DNA from: a virus
Taxonomy: Duplodnaviria > Caudoviricetes
IMG/VR virus record: IMGVR_UViG_3300025018_000136
Coordinates: 13,062 to 77,061 of that record
Length of the DNA stretch: 64,000 bases
Direction: 5' to 3' (one strand)
Shown here piece by piece: positions 38,798 through 47,105 of this stretch (positions are counted from its first letter, which is position 1; each line of letters opens with the position of its first letter). The translations under genes and the position numbers were made by a program. Under the pieces are notes generated by a model. The model saw only the letters and a program-made list of their open reading frames with translations, was not told the DNA's origin and searched no databases.

Positions 38798-38947
38798 TTA
38801 AGTATCCTCAATTTCTTTCTCTACATCTTGTGTTTTATTGTTTTTAAATCTTCCACCACAATAGTAACAAATACCATAAGACCCATAGTCTATGGCAGCT
38901 GTGCGTTTGCACGATGCACAAATCGTATATCTTTCATAGCTTACCAT
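38798..38947 (-). CDS. Small Zn-ribbon protein
   Basis: CASC...CYYC; ATG 38947 lies downstream of the promoter. Confidence 0.5.
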   Translation of the reverse strand: MVSYERYTICASCKRTAAIDYGSYGICYYCGGRFKNNKTQDVEKEIEDT

Positions 38948-38951
38948 ATAT

Positions 38952-38990
38952 TTATATATGATTGTTCTTATATTTAAATCTTTTGGTTTT
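38952..38990 (-). promoter_or_regulatory. Extended BRE-TATA promoter
   Basis: AAAACCAAAAG ATTTAAATA T AAGAA CAAT CATATATA; near-repeat of 36134-36171. Confidence 0.7.
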
Positions 38991-39097
38991 TCTATGTTGT
39001 ACATATACTAACATTATAATATGCAGCTGCTGGTGCAGCATGGGTAATACTTAAATAAGCAGCATAACCGCCCCATACTCGTAAGCTCTGCTTATTT

Positions 39098-39643
39098 TCA
39101 ATTTGTGCACACTCCTGCAAAAGTATAAACTGTTCCGTCACTCGTGATAATCTCAACATAAGGCTTATTAGAAGCACTATCTTGACTATAAATTCCTGTG
39201 TAACGAGGAGAAGTAGTATAAGTCGTTCCTTCTCGCTCATCAAGAATCTTCAACCAAAGAGTACCCGACAAATCAATATTGTTCTTATCAATAGTGTAAG
39301 AAACATAAGCCCCGTTAGTGCTCAAATCAACACCCGTATCCTCAATATGAGCTGCAGTACTAAGCCAATCAGCCTCAGTTGCGTCAACAGTAGTACCCCA
39401 ATTAGAATCAGTGCTAATGGCACTTTTAAGAGTACTAATGTCAACTCCACCGGCTTGCTGATAATGAGGATAAACGTACAGCTTGACACTCGTAATGTCC
39501 CCCAAAGATAACCCTGTCCCGCTGAGGTCAAACCTCATATAAGCCCTCGTACTATGATAAGTATCAAGAGGGTCACCTGGTGTGTAGTAACTACCAACAG
39601 TAAAATATGTGTTTGTTGCTCCTTTAGCAAGATAAGTAGCCAT
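39098..39643 (-). CDS. DNRLRE/CBM96-like beta-sandwich protein
   Basis: RAYMRFDLS...ITSVKLYVY...NKPYVEI. Confidence 0.65.
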   Translation of the reverse strand: MATYLAKGATNTYFTVGSYYTPGDPLDTYHSTRAYMRFDLSGTGLSLGDITSVKLYVYPHYQQAGGVDISTLKSAISTDSNWGTTVDATEADWLSTAAHIEDTGVDLSTNGAYVSYTIDKNNIDLSGTLWLKILDEREGTTYTTSPRYTGIYSQDSASNKPYVEIITSDGTVYTFAGVCTN

Positions 39644-39652
39644 TTTTAATCA

Positions 39653-39748
39653 TCAGCCCTGACGTTCTGGGGGGTCACCAGTAAAAACCGTCTGAGTCTG
39701 TGTGATACTGCAATCACTACTATGACCGTAAACTATCGTTGAAGCCAT
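39653..39748 (-). pseudogene. 31-aa ORF, possible N-terminal remnant of a related gene
   Basis: MASTIVYGHSSDCSITQ...; TAATG-coupled to the upstream gene. Confidence 0.35.
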
Positions 39749-41037
39749 TATGCGTACCTCCATTCAATATGTATAAGAGCCTTAGTTATTGCCACGTTAG
39801 GCTCAGCCGTGAACTCTAAGTACAAAACCTTATCTGCCGCAACACTGCCGGCCGTTATTGTGCTGTCGTCTAAAACACCGCTGCTCGTGCTGAAACTATT
39901 AATAGTGGTTGCTCCTGTGAAGCTCGTCATGTCACTCGCCCACTTAACATTACCCGATAACTCATAAGAAGAGCTATCAGTCTTAGCAACAACTCTCGTC
40001 ACAACAATAGCCGAGCTCGTGAAACCAAAAACGTACTTAGAATCATTATTGTACAAACCATTAGGGTTTGCAAGACCTATATCGTACTGGTGCAATTGAC
40101 CCACGATGACCGAATCATCATCAACAGTCACAGTTCCTGCCGTTACGTCGCCAGTAGTGTTTAAATTATTACTTCCGAGCGCTACTGTCCCGCTTGCTGG
40201 GCTGAGTTTTAAATCTCCTGCTCCAGTGTATATTTCCCCATCAGTTTTGTTGTGCTGCATACCAATATGATGGGTTAGAGTAGTATCATTAGCGCAAACA
40301 TGAAGTTGAGGGTCAACAATGCCAGCATTAGTTGTTTGAGTAGGAGCACTTTCTCCTCTTACCCTCACAATCCCCGTACACTCGGCAGCCCCTGCCGTGT
40401 GAGTATAAAACTCCATCACACCATCATCGGTGCTCCCACCGTTAACAAAACGAATGCCCGCACTGCTTTGACCGCCCAACATCAAGAACTTGTTATCAGC
40501 AACCAAAGGAGTGCACATAAAATAAAGAATTTTCCCACCACTACCGGTGTTGTCAGTAACATCAATACTCGCACCCCATTGATAAACAGAACTATTCAAA
40601 CCTAAATACAAGTTACTCTCAGTTATTGAAGGATAAACAGGATTAGGATTACGAAATCTTATTCTGCCTGTTGCCGATTCACTTATCTCAACACCACTTG
40701 GGAGAGTGAAAGTCTGAGCCGCCACGTCGTGACTTCCAACATCAACATCACCAGTCGCGCCAGAATAAGGAACATAGATAAGTTCATTGCCAGCAACAGT
40801 CCAATCAGTTCCAGTCCAAATAATTTCGTCTCCTTCCTGAAATGATTGCCCAGTATTTGTTTTAGAAACATCGTTGTCAGTCACATCTGCTGCAATTTTA
40901 TAGAACCAACCATTCTGAACTTCAGAACTAGTTGGAAAATCATCATTAGAATCAATAGAACCAACAAACTGCAATGGACTAGTAAGAGAAATTTTGTAAT
41001 CTAAATTACCAGTAAAAGGATTGTAAGTAAAACCCAT
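39748..41037 (-). CDS. Fibre/decoration-type virion protein
   Basis: MGFTYNPFTGNLD start; GDEIIWTGTDW; VPYSGATGDVDVG; mosaic GC content. Confidence 0.65.
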   Translation of the reverse strand: MGFTYNPFTGNLDYKISLTSPLQFVGSIDSNDDFPTSSEVQNGWFYKIAADVTDNDVSKTNTGQSFQEGDEIIWTGTDWTVAGNELIYVPYSGATGDVDVGSHDVAAQTFTLPSGVEISESATGRIRFRNPNPVYPSITESNLYLGLNSSVYQWGASIDVTDNTGSGGKILYFMCTPLVADNKFLMLGGQSSAGIRFVNGGSTDDGVMEFYTHTAGAAECTGIVRVRGESAPTQTTNAGIVDPQLHVCANDTTLTHHIGMQHNKTDGEIYTGAGDLKLSPASGTVALGSNNLNTTGDVTAGTVTVDDDSVIVGQLHQYDIGLANPNGLYNNDSKYVFGFTSSAIVVTRVVAKTDSSSYELSGNVKWASDMTSFTGATTINSFSTSSGVLDDSTITAGSVAADKVLYLEFTAEPNVAITKALIHIEWRYA

Positions 41038-41294
41038 TATGATTTTGTAACGGTACTAAGGCTACTTTTACCAGAATCTGTATAGACAAGAGTAATTGTA
41101 CCAGTAGTAGTCCCGCCACTACCTCCCGTTTTAAAAATATAAACCTCAGTAGTTGTGTTTGGATAGGTAATAGTAACATAGTCATATTCAAAATTAATCA
41201 TACCACTACTAACTATGTTTGTGTCTATACTGCCATCAGCATTGACTTTCATCTGCTGAGACATATTTTTTCTGTCTCCTATCTGAACTGCCAT
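41037..41294 (-). CDS. Small virion structural protein
   Basis: YDYVTITYPNTTTEVYIFKTGGSGG motif recurrent in phage structural genes. Confidence 0.6.
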   Translation of the reverse strand: MAVQIGDRKNMSQQMKVNADGSIDTNIVSSGMINFEYDYVTITYPNTTTEVYIFKTGGSGGTTTGTITLVYTDSGKSSLSTVTKS

Positions 41295-41296
41295 TT

Positions 41297-41656
41297 TTAA
41301 ATTGTGTCGTCTTCTCTGACACCTTCTCTCTGAATATCTTGAGGATTTGTTTCTTCATCCTGTATTAATGAAATGTCTATTAAGTTTCCTTCTGTTTTTT
41401 TCTCTTCAACAGTAGAAACAATGTCTCCTTTAGCATCTGGAATCCTAAAATTAAGCTTCATAGCTCCAGTAAACATTTTATCAGAAAAAAATGCTTGAGG
41501 ATTTGTTATACTGTCTTTCATAACAGTAGTCTTAATAATTACACCATCAAACAAGAATTGTAAATCAATAAAAGAATCGCCTTCAAAATAATATATTCTG
41601 CTATTTGAAGCTAATCTCTTAAAATCTTCAAATCCTACTGATAGTGGCTGTGTCAT
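41297..41656 (-). CDS. Hypothetical protein
   Basis: ORF within the operon. Confidence 0.55.
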   Translation of the reverse strand: MTQPLSVGFEDFKRLASNSRIYYFEGDSFIDLQFLFDGVIIKTTVMKDSITNPQAFFSDKMFTGAMKLNFRIPDAKGDIVSTVEEKKTEGNLIDISLIQDEETNPQDIQREGVREDDTI

Positions 41657-41658
41657 TT

Positions 41659-41829
41659 TTAAGGTCTACCAACAAAAATTATAATTGACTTTACTGTAAA
41701 ATCAAATTGCCCAGAAACTACATTCTGTGGTTTTGCATTAACCCTATTAAGTTCTGCGTTAACAGCATCTACGCTACCAACAATGTAATACCAATTACCA
41801 TTATATCCTGTACCAACTAAAGCTCCCAT
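41659..41829 (-). CDS. Small hypothetical protein (56 aa, not in ORF track)
   Basis: MGALVGTGYNGNWYYI...; GAGGT SD. Confidence 0.55.
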   Translation of the reverse strand: MGALVGTGYNGNWYYIVGSVDAVNAELNRVNAKPQNVVSGQFDFTVKSIIIFVGRP

Positions 41830-41927
41830 ATTATTTACCTCTACTAAAAAGTTTTTTTATCTTGTAAAATATGTTCTTAAATGAACATTTATTATATTTT
41901 AATTCCGTTCTAACGGTTTCTTTTGTT

Positions 41928-43085
41928 TTAGCCACGTCTCTCGACCTCTCTTGCACTAATATTAAAAACATCCTCTCCTGTACCCATTTCAGTAGATAAT
42001 TTATCTATGTGACCAAACTCTTGTTTTCTACCGTCTTTCTTTGATTCTGATAATGCCATCATATATCTAAGTTTTGAATTCTCGTGGTTGTAAAACTCTG
42101 AACGTTCTCTAGCAGTACTTACAACTTTGTTATAAAACTCCTCATCAGTGTTAAGTTTCACAACCAACTCTCTTGCTTTCTTTATATCGTATGGGTCTAT
42201 AGTTGTAAACGGATACAATAAAGGAGATGATTGTGTTCTACTAGAACCAATATATGCTACCCCCAAAGCCGCTGCATCAACTGTAGCTCTGCTATAACTA
42301 TGATATGTGAAAGGGTCATAAACAATCTTACTTTCTCTCATCTGGTCACAAAACTGAAAATAGTTTGTTCCAGCCATAACATAATCATACAGAGGAGTTG
42401 TCGCGTGGAATCGTTGGTCTTGATTCTTATCATAACCAATCAATCTAGTCGTCAAACCATGACCTCTTATAGCCAAAGATGGGACAAAGGTTCTGTTATC
42501 ATATCTACGCCAAATAGCTGTTATTATATCTTTTCTCTGTTTAGGAGCTAAAGATTTTAATCTTCTAATATCTGCTGGATGAGGTATTACAAAACATTTA
42601 CGTCCTACCATTTCTGAAAGGGCTGTTGTCTGATAATATTCTGTGCCAAATAACATATCTGCATATGCTATTTCTCTGGACATAGTTGTTGGGAACTGAA
42701 ATGCATTCTCCCAAATCTCTGTCGTATAATCATTGTTTACTACTAATAATGTCTTACTATCTTCTCCGATTTTTGCTCTTATATCACCTATAAGATGCAT
42801 ATCTTGTGAAGATAAATTTACTTGCACGATATCGTAGTCATTATAATCTTTTATGTCACGAGGACGTTTAACGTCTCCTTTAAAAACGTTAATCCATTGG
42901 TATAAACCAGTTCTTGTTAGTTCTTCTTCCAACAGTTGTCTATGAATATAATTTGTAACCAATAAATATTTAACATCTTTACTTGGTTTTCCAAACAATT
43001 CTTGACTAATTTCTTCTATTAGGTCTTCTGTTGGTTTCTGAAGTTCAGTCTCATCTACTTTTCTTTCTTTTTGATTTTCCGCCAT
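41928..43085 (-). CDS. GT-B fold glycosyltransferase-like protein within the virion operon
   Basis: FVIPHP, SKIVYDPFTYHSYSRATVDAAALGV, C-terminal helix pattern of GT4-like enzymes. Confidence 0.65.
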   Translation of the reverse strand: MAENQKERKVDETELQKPTEDLIEEISQELFGKPSKDVKYLLVTNYIHRQLLEEELTRTGLYQWINVFKGDVKRPRDIKDYNDYDIVQVNLSSQDMHLIGDIRAKIGEDSKTLLVVNNDYTTEIWENAFQFPTTMSREIAYADMLFGTEYYQTTALSEMVGRKCFVIPHPADIRRLKSLAPKQRKDIITAIWRRYDNRTFVPSLAIRGHGLTTRLIGYDKNQDQRFHATTPLYDYVMAGTNYFQFCDQMRESKIVYDPFTYHSYSRATVDAAALGVAYIGSSRTQSSPLLYPFTTIDPYDIKKARELVVKLNTDEEFYNKVVSTARERSEFYNHENSKLRYMMALSESKKDGRKQEFGHIDKLSTEMGTGEDVFNISAREVERRG

Positions 43086-43190
43086 TTACTACACCTACAT
43101 GTGATTTGATTATATTATAACTAGCAATATCTAAGTAATATCGTACTTCTTCGATTAAGTTATTGCTCATTTGATTTTTTCACCTATTAT

Positions 43191-43214
43191 AAAAAAATAA
43201 AGGGGCGAAGCCCC
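43191..43214 (-). terminator. Hairpin plus T-tract
   Basis: GGGGC-TTC-GCCCC then TTTATTTTTTT. Confidence 0.7.
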
Positions 43215-43223
43215 AAATTATAT

Positions 43224-43478
43224 TTAAGTTGCTGTACCCAAAGGTGCGCCAACGTTTGCAAATGCACCACTAGTTCCTACTGGAGCTGAGTCGCTTGCAC
43301 ACACTCTGTTAGCAGTGCCAACAAAGATGTAGATTGGACTTCCACCTTTTGCTACAGGATAGAGTTTCAAATAAGGAGCTGCTTTTGTTCCTTGGTTGTC
43401 TTCATCCTTGATAACAACATGTTTTGCTTCCACTTGAGGAAGACTTATTTTTCCGTTTCGTAGACTGTATCGTCCCAT
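43224..43478 (-). CDS. Putative capsid decoration protein
   Basis: Small beta-rich ORF directly after the MCP. Confidence 0.45.
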   Translation of the reverse strand: MGRYSLRNGKISLPQVEAKHVVIKDEDNQGTKAAPYLKLYPVAKGGSPIYIFVGTANRVCASDSAPVGTSGAFANVGAPLGTAT

Positions 43479-43504
43479 TTTCTTTTACCTCATTTAACGT
43501 TACT

Positions 43505-43530
43505 AAAAGTAACAGGGGATTGCTCCCCCA
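43505..43530 (-). terminator. Hairpin after MCP (attenuator/stabiliser)
   Basis: GGGGA-GCAA-TCCCC GNRA hairpin. Confidence 0.55.
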
Positions 43531-43552
43531 TTAAATTAGTAAAAAACTAAGC

Positions 43553-44560
43553 TTATGCGTCAGTAAACAAACCAAGGCAGATTGCTTTTGCATTAATAAC
43601 AGTCATCTTATACCAAGCGTCCAAGAGAACTTTGTGGATTCTCTCATCGTCTTCAGTAACGACTTTTACCTTTGCTTTTTCTTTCCACACAATACCTGCT
43701 GCAGCGCTTGGGTCAATCATGTATGCAAAGTGTCCTGCCGCTCCGAAGTTAACAGCTGCGTCACCTGTAACAAGAGTTGACACTTCAATCATGCAACCAA
43801 TGTACTCTTCAATGACTCCTTTTCGGACCACACTAGGTGAACCAAATTCTGATGCATTGGTAAACTGGCTTGATTTCAAAAGCTGCTTAAACTGAGTAGG
43901 GTGCAAGAAAAGCACTGCCTCTCCAGGTCGCTTTCCGAAATCCATGCTCTGAAGTCGGATTTTCATATCAACAACTTTGTCAACGTCAATGACGTCTCCA
44001 GCTGCCAAGTTTCCGTCTCCGGTTGCAACGGCTGTGTTGTCTGCAACAGTACTACCACCATAAATGGTTCCTGCTCCAGTCGTAGCGTTAACAGTTGCTC
44101 CTTCAAGAACTGAGTTTGCATCAGTCTCAAGGGTGTTCAAATACTGTCGAACGAGCTGCTTGTGAGCCATTTCGATTACACTAACACGAGTTGCTGAAGC
44201 AGTCTCAAATGAGATGCTACATCCACCAAGCTTAACATCTGCCGATGTAAGGCTAACTGTGATGTTGTCAGCAGTGTCGAACTTAGTCATAACACGTGCA
44301 ACGCCTTCTTTGTCTGCTGTTCGTCCGCCCATAAGGTTGATATCTCCAATCTTAGGGATGACAATCGTGACGTCATTATTTCCCATTAAGTCGTTAAACT
44401 CAAGGAAATATTTTGATAGAACACGGTCAGGTTGTGCGTCAAACACAATTCTGTCGCTCCAAGTTGAGCCCATAATACTGCCGATTCCGCCAGTTTGGGA
44501 ACCCCAACTTGAACTACCAATCATTGTAACTCCACTATCGAGTTGTTCTGGTGTTTTCAT
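43553..44560 (-). CDS. Major capsid protein (HK97 fold)
   Basis: TIVIPKIG, KEG, VLFLHPTQFKQL, GVIEEYIGC; follows scaffold and protease. Confidence 0.88.
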   Translation of the reverse strand: MKTPEQLDSGVTMIGSSSWGSQTGGIGSIMGSTWSDRIVFDAQPDRVLSKYFLEFNDLMGNNDVTIVIPKIGDINLMGGRTADKEGVARVMTKFDTADNITVSLTSADVKLGGCSISFETASATRVSVIEMAHKQLVRQYLNTLETDANSVLEGATVNATTGAGTIYGGSTVADNTAVATGDGNLAAGDVIDVDKVVDMKIRLQSMDFGKRPGEAVLFLHPTQFKQLLKSSQFTNASEFGSPSVVRKGVIEEYIGCMIEVSTLVTGDAAVNFGAAGHFAYMIDPSAAAGIVWKEKAKVKVVTEDDERIHKVLLDAWYKMTVINAKAICLGLFTDA

Positions 44561-44577
44561 TTTTCTAAAACCTCTAT

Positions 44578-45372
44578 TTACATATATTGTATCTTGCTGT
44601 TTCTATGGTCTCGCTCTTGCTCTCCTGCCATTTTTTGCAGTAATCCAGCGAAGAACTGTTCCTTATTATCAGCCTTGACTTCTTCTTTCTTTACTTCTAC
44701 CTTTACAGGTTCCACATTACTTTCTGCTATTTCAGCTCCTTGTGAAGGACTAGTAACTTCCTCTGCAGGACTTGCTTCATCTGCTTTATCAATTGCTGCG
44801 TCAACAATTTTTTCAAACTCATCAAGTGTTTCGTCGTCTTTCTCAGAAAGCTGTTCAACAGATTTAAGTTGTCCAAGCTTCTTGAACTTAGCTGAAAGTT
44901 GCTCTAATCGCTCAAGCTTTTGCTTTTCTGCGATAGCTTTTTCAGCTTCAACATAGCGTGAAAGTTTCTCTTCAAACTCAGCCCTTTCAGACTTAAGTTC
45001 TTTAAGTTCTTTCGAAAGCTGTTCTTTAAGTGCTGAAAGGTCTTTGTTTTTTGCATAAAGCGCAACAAGTTCCTCTCGAACTTCTTTAATTACAGCTAAT
45101 TCTTCTTTTGTTTCTTTTGCCTCTTTCTTAAGCTTCTCAGCTTCATCAACAGGTTCTTCGTCCTCTGAAAGTTTTTCTTTAACTTTCTCAAGAACTGATT
45201 TCTTCTTAGGTGTCTCAGAGACCGTTTCCTTCTCAACAACAGGTTCTTTAGGTTCCTCAATCTTTTCCTCAGAAACCTTTTCAAGTTGCATCTTAGGATT
45301 AACGTCCCTAAACAACTGTTCTTTTTCAATCTCCATCTTTTGCTCCTCCGAAGAGTTTATTTTTTCTTTCAT
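44578..45372 (-). CDS. Capsid scaffolding protein
   Basis: E/K-rich coiled coil directly before the MCP. Confidence 0.75.
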   Translation of the reverse strand: MKEKINSSEEQKMEIEKEQLFRDVNPKMQLEKVSEEKIEEPKEPVVEKETVSETPKKKSVLEKVKEKLSEDEEPVDEAEKLKKEAKETKEELAVIKEVREELVALYAKNKDLSALKEQLSKELKELKSERAEFEEKLSRYVEAEKAIAEKQKLERLEQLSAKFKKLGQLKSVEQLSEKDDETLDEFEKIVDAAIDKADEASPAEEVTSPSQGAEIAESNVEPVKVEVKKEEVKADNKEQFFAGLLQKMAGEQERDHRNSKIQYM

Positions 45373-45380
45373 AATCGTTT

Positions 45381-45650
45381 TTACCCTCTCATATTACCAA
45401 GCCAACTATCAACCATAAAATTAATACGGTCTCTATGAGTAACTTCCCCAACATTCATTTCCTTGTCCAAATTCTTTTTAAGGACACTATTAGCTGCTTG
45501 AAAAGCTCTTCCCTCTGCCTGCTTGGCGTCTTTTGATTCTCGTAATACCTTTGCATACACACTATTAAAAACATGCATCCACTGGCGTTGTTTGGTTTGA
45601 GAGTATTTCTTTACATGTTCAGGTAAAGAATCGACTGAATCGTAAGGCAT
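45381..45650 (-). CDS. ChaB-family protein
   Basis: MPYDSVDSLPEHVK...QWMHVFNS...AFQAANS. Confidence 0.8.
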   Translation of the reverse strand: MPYDSVDSLPEHVKKYSQTKQRQWMHVFNSVYAKVLRESKDAKQAEGRAFQAANSVLKKNLDKEMNVGEVTHRDRINFMVDSWLGNMRG

Positions 45651-46255
45651 TATGCATCAACCTCTATAAAATTTCCACTTACTGCTCCATCCATTACAAG
45701 AGATAACTCTTTAAATGCAAGGTCTATACCGACAATACCATATTTATCATCTGGAACTCCCTCAGAGAATACAGTTACGCTAACCTCTTTAATAGCTCCA
45801 TCTAAAATATTTCTTGCGAAAGTCTCATCATTAATATGCCCCCACCATCTAATACCTTTAATCTTATCATCATACTTAATCTTATCAACCATACCAATAA
45901 CTGTTGATGCTTCATTATCTCTATGGTCAAGCATTAAAGGAAATTTAGAGTTAATAGGATTAACAGATGCTTTTGCTAATTCATCTGCGGTATAAAACTT
46001 TTTCTTTGGTCGTCCTTCATATAAGAACACACCACGAACCTTAAGCGGTAATATAAATTTGTCAGACAATTGTTCCGCATATTCAATTGTGCTAGAGAAC
46101 ACTTCCTCTGAAGGTGTTTCTCTTTGTGTTTTGTAATAGTCGTTAATTACATTAATTCTCATAAGTTTTTCCTCATCAGAGTACTTAAATCTCATAAGAG
46201 ATAAATAATTATCAACTCTACGCAAAACTTCTTCTGTTCTGTTTTCTTCATTCAT
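45650..46255 (-). CDS. Prohead maturation protease
   Basis: FYTADEL, PLMLDH, KEVSV, ELSLV motifs. Confidence 0.75.
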   Translation of the reverse strand: MNEENRTEEVLRRVDNYLSLMRFKYSDEEKLMRINVINDYYKTQRETPSEEVFSSTIEYAEQLSDKFILPLKVRGVFLYEGRPKKKFYTADELAKASVNPINSKFPLMLDHRDNEASTVIGMVDKIKYDDKIKGIRWWGHINDETFARNILDGAIKEVSVTVFSEGVPDDKYGIVGIDLAFKELSLVMDGAVSGNFIEVDA

Positions 46256-46563
46256 TTTTCATCAAGTCTGTCATAATTTTCGTGCGGTATCAAGACAGCG
46301 ATTCTATCATGTAATTCTTTTATTACTGGTTTCTTTAACCATTTATTTCCGGTTAAATTGAACTTGTGAAGTAACACGTGTGCTAGGACAAGTTCATCCT
46401 GAGATAGGGACTCAACATCCATATCTTGTGTGATAAATAGGCCCGAAGCAGGCGGCCTGCCCACTCCGGACGGCGGTGATGTAGGTGAGACAAGCTCGGA
46501 TTTCTCCGAACTAATCAGCATGTCAAGTTTATATAACAATCTGTTGTAATTAGATGAATCCAT
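46252..46563 (-). CDS. Hypothetical protein
   Basis: Coupled ORF. Confidence 0.55.
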   Translation of the reverse strand: MDSSNYNRLLYKLDMLISSEKSELVSPTSPPSGVGRPPASGLFITQDMDVESLSQDELVLAHVLLHKFNLTGNKWLKKPVIKELHDRIAVLIPHENYDRLDEK

Positions 46564-47089
46564 TTTTACACATCATATCAAGACATTTATTTATATCTGA
46601 CAAAATGTCTTTGTCTGAGAATCTAAACACGATATAATTATTTTTTTCTAACCACATCGTTTGTTTTATATCTCGTTTTTTATCTTTTTCTCTATTATGC
46701 CAATATAATCCATCACATTCAATGATTGTGTTTGTTTCCGGTAGCCAAAAATCAGCAACCCCTAGCTTATAATGATATTGTTTTACGTAAAGTATACCTC
46801 TAAACAAAAGATTATTCTTCATTATTCTTTCTATAGATGTTTCTTTTGTTGGCATACGTCCTTCTTTCATTTGTTTTAATGTGGCCTCTCTGAGTTTTTG
46901 TTTTTGATATTCACTCATCTTTTTACCAGAACGGTAATTTGATATCTTCTTTCTAGTTTTTTCGTTTTGTGAATGACCACAATTGTTTCTCAATTTTTGT
47001 TTAGTACTTTCTGGCATACCATTAGCAAACTGTCTAAGCGCAGCCTCTCTTAACTTCCTTTTGGTTTCCTTCGAATGCGCACGTACCAT
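46550..47089 (-). CDS. Free-standing NUMOD3 + DUF559-like endonuclease
   Basis: HSKETKRKL-type repeats; ADFWLP..IIECDGLYWH. Confidence 0.8.
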   Translation of the reverse strand: MVRAHSKETKRKLREAALRQFANGMPESTKQKLRNNCGHSQNEKTRKKISNYRSGKKMSEYQKQKLREATLKQMKEGRMPTKETSIERIMKNNLLFRGILYVKQYHYKLGVADFWLPETNTIIECDGLYWHNREKDKKRDIKQTMWLEKNNYIVFRFSDKDILSDINKCLDMMCKNGFI

Positions 47090-47105
47090 TTTTAATCTTA
47101 CTCAT

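Noticed and set aside
38948-39004. N-terminal extension of ORF 38798-39004 as listed in the track
   Set aside because: The extension runs through the BRE-TATA promoter; the ATG at 38947 fits better.
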